Shown in pieces: positions 54,711 through 64,000 of a stretch of 64,000 bases of DNA; position 1 is the first letter of the stretch, and each line of letters starts with the position of its first letter. The position numbers and the translations under genes were made by a program. Source of the DNA: Histomonas meleagridis 2922-C6/04-290x (lineage: Eukaryota; Protista; Parabasalia); contig JAANOX010000267.1 of the NCBI GenBank assembly GCA_020184695.1, forward strand, positions 77,941 to 141,940, written 5' to 3'. The notes beneath the pieces were generated by a model. It worked only from the letters and a program-made list of their open reading frames with translations, did no database searches and was not told the DNA's origin.

Positions 54711-55264
54711 TTTACTATTGTTTTTTTCTGGTTAAAAAACGGTTTATTTCAATTGTAAAAAAGTGAACAGGCGTGGGAATTTATGTTCAAATGAAAGAAT
54801 GAAAATAAATTTACTTAAATTGAGTTAAAGTTATAAATATTTTTATTGACGTTCTATATGATATGAAATGATGTTAAAAATTAAGTATAATTGCAAACAA
54901 AGACTTTTTTACATATGGGAAAAAAAAAAACAAAACGGTCGCTAACCATGAAACGATAATATCTGAAAAAAAAGATTTTGGTTCAAAAAGTTCGACAAGC
55001 ACAATTTTGTTTCAAATTGAAATTGAACATACTCATAGAATAATTTGATATGGAATTCCAAAATTTTGCTCAAGAATTACTGATAGAATTAGCTAAGCAT
55101 CACGAATTTTCTGCTTTATTGATGATTGGATAAAAGGAAGACGGGAATAAACACACAAGAAAAAAACAGGTGATTCTGGAAGATTTTGAGATTTGATCAT
55201 CATAAAGGTGTCAAAAAAATTCAGAACAAAACGAACAAAACTGTGGAAAATTATAAAAATATAT

Positions 55265-55921
55265 TTATTTAACAGTTAATTTTTCTAAAATAGGACGTAC
55301 ATCACTTGCAACAGACAAAGCTCCGAGTATCTGTAGCACTTTATTTAGTTCACTATCTTTACAATTTCCATTAAATGGTAAAATTTGTATTCCATTATTT
55401 TTTTGGAAAAGAAAAGATTGTGGATTGTCATCTACCAATATTGTCCTTGATAAATTTGTATTGCAAACAGTTAAATCTTTAACATATTTATCTTCATCAA
55501 TGCAAATGCAAGAATCTCTGCAAAAAATTTTGGAAAAATATTTACCAAGTGGGTCAATATTTTCAATTATTTTTTTCACGTACTTTTTTTCTGCGGAAGA
55601 AAAAAGGTATACTTTTGCGAATTGTGTAAGCGTCGTAATGAATCTGTCGAAGTTTGGTCTTTTTTGTATGAAAATTTTCTGTTTTCCTGACTCTCCTGAC
55701 ATTTCTATAATAAAGTCTGAAAGGATTGGTGGTGTTAACGAAGCTTTAATTAATGTACTATCAAGATCTAAGCAGACAATTAAAGGTCCGAATTTATTTG
55801 TTTGCCTTGAAGTGAAGCCGCTAAATGATTTGGATTGTGGGATTTGTGATTTTTGTTCGTGGGATTTTAAGTATCTTTCCATGAATAAAAATGGTGGTTG
55901 ACTACAGCCAAAATTTTGCAT
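55265..55921 (-). CDS. NIF/SCP-type (HAD) CTD small phosphatase
   Basis: IVCLDLDSTL (DxDxT), KRP..D.F, YVKDL......SRTILVDDNP.SF.FQ..NGI.I.PF.G...D.EL. Confidence 0.93.
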   Translation of the reverse strand: MQNFGCSQPPFLFMERYLKSHEQKSQIPQSKSFSGFTSRQTNKFGPLIVCLDLDSTLIKASLTPPILSDFIIEMSGESGKQKIFIQKRPNFDRFITTLTQFAKVYLFSSAEKKYVKKIIENIDPLGKYFSKIFCRDSCICIDEDKYVKDLTVCNTNLSRTILVDDNPQSFLFQKNNGIQILPFNGNCKDSELNKVLQILGALSVASDVRPILEKLTVK

Positions 55922-56104
55922 TCAATTTCAAGATGATAAATTTCCATTGAATGTCACTTTCTTGAAAATTCAGGGCATTTTTGAATCGAATTTTATCGTG
56001 CTGTTAAAATTGAATCACCATTCAATTGGTTTTCACTGAAAAGTGTAAATGGAGATAGCGGTTGAAGTGATTTATTTAACAGTGTCTGTCTATTTTTGGA
56101 GGTA

Positions 56105-57364
56105 ATGGGAAAAAAAGTTGGCGGATACGAGTTTTTACAAACAATTGGGAAAGGATCTTCTTCTAAAGTTAAATTAGCAGTTGAAATTTCAACTGGGAAA
56201 CAATATGCAATAAAAACTGTTTCATTTAATAAGGAAGTTTTAAACAATCCTTATTTTCAAACACAATTACAAAGAGAATTGGATATATTAAAGAATACAT
56301 TCCACCCTTGTTTAACATGTCTTCATAAAATCATGCACTCTCAAACAAAATTATATCTTGTTCTTGATTATGCAAGCAGAGGATCTCTTTATGATAGACT
56401 TAGCAAAACAGGACCCATTCCTGAAGAAGAAGCTCGCCATTATTTCCAGCAAATTATTGATACACTTGATTATCTTCATTCTATTAATATAATTCACAGA
56501 GATTTAAAACCGGAAAATATACTTTTAGACTCAAACGGTAATTTAAAAATCAGCGATTTTGGTTTATCAATTATTACAACAACATCAAGTCAATTTCTCC
56601 AAACAAAATGTGGAACACCTAATTATATAGCACCCGAAATCCTTCAAGAAAACAGTTACAAAGGCAAACCAGCAGATATATGGAGTGCTGGACTTGTATT
56701 ATATGTTATGATTACTGCATATCTTCCATTTGATGCAGATAATACAAATGATGTCCTCCAAAATGTGTTGAACGGGAATCTGTTTATTCCTCCAGACATG
56801 CCTCCTGGTGTTAAAAACCTACTTTCAAAAATAATTGATAAAAATCCAGATACAAGGTACACAATTGAGCAAATTCGAAATGACGAATGGTTTTCAGTTG
56901 GATATGAAAGGATAGTTTTACCATTTGATGATGTTCCTCGTATTGTTGAAGATATTGAAATCAATGATTTGGATGAAAGCTCAAATTCAAAAATCAACGC
57001 ATTCCAACTTCTTTCTTCTTCTGTTGTTGTTGATTTACGGCCATTAGTTGACACAAATAATTCAAATGAAAATCAATTTGCATTTTCCATTAATAATATA
57101 ACACATAATGAACTACTTGAATTGCTTAAAAGTGACCTCGTACAGATTGGAGCGATTTCAAAGCTTCAAAACGGAGGCTCGATCATAAAAATTGCAATCA
57201 CATTCAATGGGCGACCGTTTACTTTCACTATTTCCATCAAAGAAATTACACAAAGTCTTCATATTCTTCGGTTTACTAAGCTAAATGGGGACTCATCTGA
57301 TTATAATATTATATTCAAGCAGTTTTATAATAAAATTATGAAACAAGTTGATGAAAGAAAATAA
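56105..57364 (+). CDS. SNF1-related CAMK kinase with a NAF-like motif (CIPK-like)
   Basis: IGKGSSSKVK, HRDLKPEN, DFGLS, TKCGTPNYIAPE, ADIWSAG. Post-kinase INAFQLLSSS...DLRPL followed by a KA1-like tail. ATG at 56105. Confidence 0.9.
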   Translation: MGKKVGGYEFLQTIGKGSSSKVKLAVEISTGKQYAIKTVSFNKEVLNNPYFQTQLQRELDILKNTFHPCLTCLHKIMHSQTKLYLVLDYASRGSLYDRLSKTGPIPEEEARHYFQQIIDTLDYLHSINIIHRDLKPENILLDSNGNLKISDFGLSIITTTSSQFLQTKCGTPNYIAPEILQENSYKGKPADIWSAGLVLYVMITAYLPFDADNTNDVLQNVLNGNLFIPPDMPPGVKNLLSKIIDKNPDTRYTIEQIRNDEWFSVGYERIVLPFDDVPRIVEDIEINDLDESSNSKINAFQLLSSSVVVDLRPLVDTNNSNENQFAFSINNITHNELLELLKSDLVQIGAISKLQNGGSIIKIAITFNGRPFTFTISIKEITQSLHILRFTKLNGDSSDYNIIFKQFYNKIMKQVDERK

Positions 57365-57847
57365 TTAATTTTATACAAAATTGTTTTTTTATTTTTTTAA
57401 TCAAGAAAATCTTGATAACTGAATATTAGTATTCGCATTAATGTTATTTATATCGGAATTTTTATTTGAATGTAAATTCATAAAATTGTTTTGATTAAAA
57501 ATTTATATATCTTATTTATTTTTATTTTTTTCTAAATGAATATACTAAAAGTATATATCAATTAAATAGTTTTAATAAATATAAAAGGAAATAATTTTTG
57601 GAAACAGATAAAACGATAAGAAATTGAATGATGAACGATTATATTTTATTCAATACTTCTGAGTCACTTCACATTTATATCGATGAAACTAAAGCGATTC
57701 AAGCGATAGAAACTGGTGAAAAGAATCCCAACAATCGCTTTGAGATTACTGTTTCTGAGAAACACAAATTACTTCAACAGAAAATTCAAAACAAATACCA
57801 TTTTATTAATAAAAGAAACATAAAAATATATTTTCGTTCTTCTTACA

Positions 57848-59581
57848 CTATTTTTCCGCATTTATTTCAACTTTTAATTTCATCGAATCATTTGCTATTT
57901 CTTTTTCTTTTTCATTTTCTTTTTTATTACATATTACATATTTTGATAGTAATTCTTCTCCTTCCAATTCGAAATCCCATCTTTCATCACCTACTTCATC
58001 ATACGAATTCACGTTTTCGATATTATCTTCTTCTTCGTTATTAACATTTTCGTCATTTTCATTATATGCAACTTCTCCATTCATAGCCTTAATTACATAA
58101 TCGATTTGATTCTTCATCTGTTGGTCGTCGTTTGAATTATTTTTCATTTGTTCAAATACTAATTGTAATCCAATGCTTTTTGCTTTTTCTCTAATTCGTT
58201 GATCCTTAATAAACAATTCGGATAATGCTGCATTAGCATAACTTCGAATTTGTGTCGAGTTACAACTTGATAATTCAGTTAATATTGTTAACATATTATT
58301 ATTATTTTCGATACATTTGTCAATTGCTTCTTTCCGCATACATAAATTCATTACAAGAGCTGAAGTGTAATCATTGGTATAGTCACTATAACGACTAATA
58401 TCAGAGAGGATTTTTAATGACGAATCTAATATTCCTTCTTTTATCATATATGGCTTAGATTCTTGGATTAGACTGATCTTTTGTAAGGTGCCAACACAAT
58501 TCATTAAGTCGCTTGAATCATCTTCGTTCAAAATTGGTAATAAAAGTTGATTTATGTTTTTGTTTTGAAATAAATATCGTCGGCCTGGTGGATCTGTTGC
58601 CAAAATGTTCATTAATCGTAAAGCATATGCACGTGTTGGAATATTTTTTGATGTTATCAACATAGAGATTGTATCATTTTTAATATCAAATATATCTCCG
58701 TTAATTAACTCACTAAAAAAGCGTTTCGCATGTTCAGATGGTGAACGTGTAATACGTTGAACACAAGCTTTAAGTAGAGGGGCCGATAGCTCTGGATTTT
58801 TGAGATCGCGAGATAAACTTTTGAAATCGAGTGGCAAAAAATCGGTTATTGCTGTGAATTTGATGTCGTCGCCAGGATAAACTCCAATTCGACCATATAA
58901 TGCATTAATATAGTCTCGATCGGGTGGCTCGCCATTTAGTGAACGATGAAGCGCGTCTGCAAATTCTAAAGTGATAGAAAAAAGATCGGAATCAGAAGAT
59001 ATAATATTATCAGGTGGAGAATTAAGAGATGTAATAAGAGATGGCATTTGAGTGGAGGACAACTGTTGATCTAAAAAAGTGGTAAGACGCTTGCTTAATT
59101 CATCATACCATTTAATGGTAAAAATATGTTTGAAAGAAGGATGCTCAGATGGATTGGGTATATAAGGAAGTGCATAAAAAGGAAGAAATTCTGTAGATTG
59201 GCTAAGATCAGAATGATGTGTATCAAGAAATTCTTTGAATTTTTGGAGAGAATCTGTAATATCCCCAAACTTTACTCTATTGGCTGGATGTAAGGGGAAA
59301 ACTGCAAAAAATACTTCGCATAAAAATAAGATTTTTTGTGCATTTGAATTAGGCGGAGTAGACCATTTGGAATTCCAAAGACTACGAAATTTTTCGACAT
59401 CGCCTGTGGCTAAACAGTTCAACATGGTTTTCTTAAAGTCTTTAATTGAATTTGCCCTTCTTTTAAAAATTTCTCCTAATGATGGACATGATAATCTTTC
59501 TGTTTGAAATGTAGCATATGTTTTATTCATTCCGCAATATTGAAGAAAATCTGCAACTGCATCAAAAACATTCGCACACAT
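57848..59581 (-). CDS. ARMC9: LisH-domain armadillo protein ARMC9-like
   Basis: N-terminal LisH VADFLQYCGMNKTYATFQTE; FLPFYALPYIPNPSEHPSFKHIF...W..EL..RL; ARM repeats with GTLQKISL, YTSALVMNLC and YANAAL. Confidence 0.85.
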   Translation of the reverse strand: MCANVFDAVADFLQYCGMNKTYATFQTERLSCPSLGEIFKRRANSIKDFKKTMLNCLATGDVEKFRSLWNSKWSTPPNSNAQKILFLCEVFFAVFPLHPANRVKFGDITDSLQKFKEFLDTHHSDLSQSTEFLPFYALPYIPNPSEHPSFKHIFTIKWYDELSKRLTTFLDQQLSSTQMPSLITSLNSPPDNIISSDSDLFSITLEFADALHRSLNGEPPDRDYINALYGRIGVYPGDDIKFTAITDFLPLDFKSLSRDLKNPELSAPLLKACVQRITRSPSEHAKRFFSELINGDIFDIKNDTISMLITSKNIPTRAYALRLMNILATDPPGRRYLFQNKNINQLLLPILNEDDSSDLMNCVGTLQKISLIQESKPYMIKEGILDSSLKILSDISRYSDYTNDYTSALVMNLCMRKEAIDKCIENNNNMLTILTELSSCNSTQIRSYANAALSELFIKDQRIREKAKSIGLQLVFEQMKNNSNDDQQMKNQIDYVIKAMNGEVAYNENDENVNNEEEDNIENVNSYDEVGDERWDFELEGEELLSKYVICNKKENEKEKEIANDSMKLKVEINAEK

Positions 59582-59659
59582 ATATAGTACAGCCTGATGT
59601 TGGAAGTGTGGAGTTTAGAGTAAAAATTCGTTATTTCCCAAAAATGTTTGAATATGAAA

Positions 59660-60030
59660 TAATCGTTTAAATTTAACATTGAAATAATTTAACGTCTTTT
59701 GTGCAAATTTCCAATCACTTCAGTTTTTGAATATAAATCCGATGATTTTTCATTCATTCAATTCTATTGGGAAACTTTTCTGTATATGAGGTGCCCTATT
59801 GTTTTCAAGAACTACTTTTTTTAAGATGAATTAGATCTACTAGTTGAAAGATGAAATGTTTTTGATTTGGTTAAATATGAATTTGATTTCTTAAATTTTC
59901 CTTGATATCTTAGAATAGAATGTAAAAAATTCTGAAAATTTTAAAAGAACATCCTCGGTTGTCCAATTTCCATGTGATTTTGAGCAAGTGAAGATAATAT
60001 TCGTGATTACAACAAGTATCTGATGATAAA
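59660..60030 (-). pseudogene. Decayed Myb-domain gene
   Basis: Fragments HGNWTTEDVLLKF and PHIQKSFPIELNE*KIIGFIFKN*SDWKFAQKTL resemble Myb repeats; interrupted by stops and frameshifts. Confidence 0.45.
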
Positions 60031-60342
60031 TATTTTAATATGTTATATAAAATCATGACGAATATGCGTCGTATAATGAATAGTTTAAATTAATAATTAC
60101 ATAAAAAATTTAAAATAAGATATTGAGATTTCAATAACGGAAAAAGAATATCGTTCTATAAACACAATTTAAGAATCATTACAACTATTAAATTCTAAGT
60201 TTAAAAATTGCCAAAGAAAATTTAGCTTTATCTTTATAAAAAAAAGTCGATAAAAATAAAGGAAAGAAATAAAAATCAAAGGTCGAGAATAGATTTTTTT
60301 AATGGAAAAATTATTTAAATTAATAATTGATGGAGCTCTCCG

Positions 60343-60414
60343 GTTGACATGATATAGGGAAAAAATGGCAAGCGCTTCATTCAGGCTTGATTTTTTTCCC
60401 TATATCATGTCAAC
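60343..60414. other. 72-nt intergenic hairpin with 23-bp perfect arms
   Basis: gttgacatgatatagggaaaaaa (60343-60365) is the exact reverse complement of 60392-60414. Inner caagc/gcttg stem. Confidence 0.85.
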
Positions 60415-60592
60415 ACACAATCGAGAAAGGAACAAAGTGCATAAGTAAATCCTCAATTTCGAAGATTATTAAACTTTTTCCATAATAAAGTTTTGAGTAG
60501 TTTGAAAACATAAAAAAATGCACTTCAACAAACGCTCTCTAATGACATCTAAACTAAATTTAAATAAAAAGATCAAAAGTTTAACTTTTATT

Positions 60593-61882
60593 TTACATCT
60601 TTTCACCTTTTATTAGTTCATTATCAGCACGATTTGTACCATCTGCTGCTTGACTTACAGGTGTGTCTACATACAGCAACACGAATGTCACCAAGTTTGC
60701 TTCGAGTATATAGAAGATATCTGCTGCCATTGATACTCCGACCATTTCTTGTCCGACGAATAGCCTCGAAAAGAACGCAACGATTTGTGTTGCTTCGAGC
60801 GAACAAAATGTGAATGCAATGATTAACATTGGCAACAATTTCTCGAATTGTAATTTAATGAATCCGTAAACGAATCCAAAAATTATTGATCCGTGATAAA
60901 GCAAAAATAATATCACAAGAACAACTACAAATGCTGTATGATCTTTTCGATATAACGCAAATGTAGCAAGCGGATTTCCACTTGTGACAGTGAATTGTAA
61001 TATTAAAAGAATTAAAATGAATAATATAACACAGATGTAGATGACTTTGTTCTTATAGATCTTCTTGGCAGGATTTCGAGCACGTACACTAAAGAAGGCA
61101 AAGGCATAGAGGACAAAGAACGCATGGAAAATTTGTGGGGCCATATCGAAGATGCGCGAAAATGATGAAAAACCAAAATGTTGACAGAGAAGCCATGGAC
61201 CATCGACAACTATGAGGACTCCGGAGAGGATAATGACGAGCCAGTGATCGAGATGAGCTGGGCGAACTCGTTTGGAGATTATGAATACTAATAAAAGTGA
61301 AACAATAACAGTATAAATGGATATAAACACAATGCCAGTGATGGTGAGTGATTGGCCAATAGAAATGGATGTAACAATGATGTCTTGGAGTTCTGAATGT
61401 GAAACAGTGGCTTCGGCTGAGATGGTAATACTGTTGAAATTGATTCGGGAAAAGGTAAGGAAATGTTCCGGTGTGAACCCTGTAATAACACCGGATTTAA
61501 CAGAAAAAGTAAAAACTTCATCAATTGGAATAGATGTAATTTCGGCAAGAGCATAATCAAGAAGAGTAGCAGTGCCTTTGAGTGTAAGTTCAATGTTACG
61601 GTCAACGCTTGATTGAGTAAAGGTTGGAACAAATGTGAAAATGGCTGTAGAAGACATTGATGTATAGCCATCGAATTGAAGACGAATATCAAGCTTATTG
61701 AGTGCAGTTGCAGTTGGAATACTGTGGCCAGTTTTAACAATTGTTGGTGTAGGAGCAAATGATACAATGATTGATAGTAATGTTACTAAAGCCCAAACAA
61801 TTAAAACACTAAAGGCACGACGTTTAGTCATCAATGTTAACTGGGTTTCTGTTGTGGTAGCATCAGGAATTGGTCCAATCAT
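60593..61882 (-). CDS. Multi-pass membrane protein (N-terminal TM, lumenal domain, about 7 TM; Wntless/TMEM181-like topology)
   Basis: Hydropathy pattern from the translation only; the family assignment is tentative. Confidence 0.6.
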   Translation of the reverse strand: MIGPIPDATTTETQLTLMTKRRAFSVLIVWALVTLLSIIVSFAPTPTIVKTGHSIPTATALNKLDIRLQFDGYTSMSSTAIFTFVPTFTQSSVDRNIELTLKGTATLLDYALAEITSIPIDEVFTFSVKSGVITGFTPEHFLTFSRINFNSITISAEATVSHSELQDIIVTSISIGQSLTITGIVFISIYTVIVSLLLVFIISKRVRPAHLDHWLVIILSGVLIVVDGPWLLCQHFGFSSFSRIFDMAPQIFHAFFVLYAFAFFSVRARNPAKKIYKNKVIYICVILFILILLILQFTVTSGNPLATFALYRKDHTAFVVVLVILFLLYHGSIIFGFVYGFIKLQFEKLLPMLIIAFTFCSLEATQIVAFFSRLFVGQEMVGVSMAADIFYILEANLVTFVLLYVDTPVSQAADGTNRADNELIKGEKM

Positions 61883-62065
61883 TGTTCCAGATTTGTTTGT
61901 AGCGTATGAGGAAAAAATTATAGAATTTTTATGTGAGGTGAAACGTTAATTGTAAACTTTTCATTTTTTTATTAATAAAAATGAATTTTTTGTTATACAG
62001 AATCAAAAATATTATATAATAATATTGACACAAAACTTATTATTTTAAGTATAGTTTTAATCAGA

Positions 62066-63166
62066 TTATTCATTAAGGATATTTTGTAATTCTGCAGATT
62101 CCGCTGATTTCTTTTTCTGACTTCTCTTCTGTCTTTCTTGTATCAATGTTTCAATCATCAATGCCAACGCAAATGAACCGGACAAAAATCCGGCGGTTGA
62201 TGTGATGAATTGTGCAAACGAATGTGACTTCGCTGTGATTCTCACAGTCGTAGGGGAGAACCTATAGAAGAAGTATATTCCTGGCGCTCTTCCGATGGCC
62301 GGAGAATTTTCTCTTTGAACGATATATTCAAATCCGCGATTCATAAACACGCCATCCTTATAATATATTACAGGAGTAACCATTAAGTTGTACCTGTAGA
62401 CGTATGCATCATTAGGATTTTGTTTAACTTGAATTCCACGTAATGGATTTCGAGCCGTTGGGATTTTGGGACCAAATCGAACATGATTTATGATATGGGA
62501 TAGGTCTATATGTGGAAGCTGAACGGATAAGTCATGTTGATGTGTTGGTGAATTTGGAATATTTCGACCGGGTGCAATATGCATGTTACCTGTGACTCGA
62601 TTTACACTCACTTTGCCTCGGATGTGACATTTTTCGTATTTGGAAACTTTTTGTTCAGGCTTTTGTTGATTACATTGCGGCCATTTTTCAGGTGTAGCAC
62701 GAAGTCCACGGAATTTATGAAGAAGAATAAGTTGTTCACAACTGTTACAACAATATGAATCAGGTAATAGACCATAACAAGGATAACATTCGGATTGAAC
62801 AGACTCATTTGCTATACCTATAAATTTTCCATCTTTACCAATACGACGGAGTTGTGCTGTACTGTTGATGTTAAGTTGTGAAAAGCCAAGTGCATCAATA
62901 GCATCAAGATGTAAAAAGTAACATGGAAGATTAACAAGAACATTAACTGAAATATTAACAAAGTCATGACCACTGACAAGAGATTTGTCTACTGTTAGAT
63001 CGCGATAAATATTTGGAGTTATGAACCTGACTAATTTAATGAGAAAATATATGGAACCAAATGTTGATAAGAAGAATGAAAGTAACGCACCACTGAACGT
63101 TTTAAGTTTAAGGTCTTCATTATCAAATTTATCGAAAATATCAATTGATTTGAGGAAATTTTTCAT
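62066..63166 (-). CDS. ER-Golgi cargo protein Erv46/ERGIC3-like
   Basis: LKSIDIF.K....LK.KTFSGALLS, NLPC..LHLDA.D..G, CYPCYG......CCNSCE, C.I.G...VNRV.GN.HIAPG, PGIYF.Y.FSP. Confidence 0.92.
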   Translation of the reverse strand: MKNFLKSIDIFDKFDNEDLKLKTFSGALLSFFLSTFGSIYFLIKLVRFITPNIYRDLTVDKSLVSGHDFVNISVNVLVNLPCYFLHLDAIDALGFSQLNINSTAQLRRIGKDGKFIGIANESVQSECYPCYGLLPDSYCCNSCEQLILLHKFRGLRATPEKWPQCNQQKPEQKVSKYEKCHIRGKVSVNRVTGNMHIAPGRNIPNSPTHQHDLSVQLPHIDLSHIINHVRFGPKIPTARNPLRGIQVKQNPNDAYVYRYNLMVTPVIYYKDGVFMNRGFEYIVQRENSPAIGRAPGIYFFYRFSPTTVRITAKSHSFAQFITSTAGFLSGSFALALMIETLIQERQKRSQKKKSAESAELQNILNE

Positions 63167-63486
63167 GAATTTTATAAACAGTCTGACTTGTTGCCACTTT
63201 TTAATTTATGATATAAATGTAATCAAGCAAATATAAGTCAAAGCATAATGTTTATTGATAAAATACCATCTCTTAATAAAAAGTAACCAAAGGATTTAAG
63301 CATTTCATATTTTTAAAAATAATTAAATTTTAAACAATTAAAAATAATTTTGATTTAAACTATATGTTTATCCTTTATCATCAAATTTATTATTGTTTGT
63401 TACTAGAAAAGCAGAAAATTAAGTAAATGATTTCATTTTATTTTGGATTCTCATCACTGTGACATTTGATATGAAATTCAATTTGG

Positions 63487-64000
63487 ATGGAGTTTGAGAG
63501 GATACAATTAAACGAAATATGGTCAGATTTCACATTAGCTTCACCTTTAGAAGAAGCATCAACCACAGTTGAAAAAATCTTTAACGAATGGAAAACCCCA
63601 TCACCCAACATGCGAAAATCACGATTTGGATATCAAGGCCAATATTTTTCACTAGTGTATGTACCATCCGACTTCGAAACCATTTCTAAGCCACAAGAGC
63701 GACTTATTTTTCCCACGAATACCGTTGACATCATTCGATCAATTTTCAAGCAAAATTCCTCATTTGTTTACATTTACTCAGGTGATGAAAAGAACAACAA
63801 AATCCAAAGTAAGCAAATATCCGTTATTTTATCCATTATTACACCAGCAGCTAATTCCTCTGAATTCCAAATTCCAGTTTTCATTCAAATCTCCGAATCC
63901 AAATACACCACTTTCACTGGGTTTTCACTTATCAATGGCATTCATACATTTTATTCCAGTCGAACTGAGTGGCGAAATTTATCAGAGATATCTGATTTCA
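63487..64000 (+). CDS. 5' part of a Rab3GAP1 catalytic-subunit-like protein (runs off the window end)
   Basis: Manual translation from ATG 63487 is open to the window end. DFTLASPLEEASTTVEKIFNEW and IITPAANSSEFQIPVFIQI resemble the Rab3GAP1 N-terminal motifs DFTTAS.WERF...VE.VL..W and ...PLFVQI. Not in the ORF track. Confidence 0.6.
   Translation, partial: MEFERIQLNEIWSDFTLASPLEEASTTVEKIFNEWKTPSPNMRKSRFGYQGQYFSLVYVPSDFETISKPQERLIFPTNTVDIIRSIFKQNSSFVYIYSGDEKNNKIQSKQISVILSIITPAANSSEFQIPVFIQISESKYTTFTGFSLINGIHTFYSSRTEWRNLSEISDF

Noticed and set aside
53585-54735. Antisense and alternative-frame ORFs over the G-alpha gene (e.g. 54361-54735)
   Set aside because: Shadow ORFs from GC-richer codon usage and the Pro/Ala repeat; no independent protein features.

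Overview
This is AT-rich, gene-dense eukaryotic DNA read in the standard code, and I saw no canonical GT-AG introns. Inferred origin is a parabasalid (Trichomonas/Tritrichomonas-like), based on TCA(Y)T initiator motifs just upstream of ATGs, RCCGTT-type promoter motifs, BspA LRR surface proteins and DUF3447-type ankyrin genes. The window holds about 35 protein genes: SLC35 and SLC38 transporters, RPS10, DDB1-like, TMEM43-like, bromo/ET, RBM26-like, ARM, WD40, CK2 alpha, PPP1R42-like, BAR, TAF10, CLASP, Tup1-like, G-alpha, SCP phosphatase, CIPK-like kinase, ARMC9, Erv46 and a partial Rab3GAP1. It also holds tRNA-Val(AAC), a truncated hAT-like element, minisatellites, a 72-nt hairpin and several gene relics (dyskerin, Myb, ankyrin). 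The standout is 21780-24557 (-). There a DUF3447-type ORF continues into 10 ankyrin cores with no stops, each separated by a ~90% AT spacer of essentially two lengths (period 153 or 170 bp). The spacers break the frame, collect stop codons and have no GT donor. Candidate explanations are a non-canonical intron class, translational recoding, or a silent cassette array; a second locus with the same layout lies at 16.8-17.3 kb. Also notable: a predicted surface ADP-ribosyltransferase next to this array, a BspA-TM-cytosolic-domain fusion ORF, and a probable GTG start for the DDB1-like gene.
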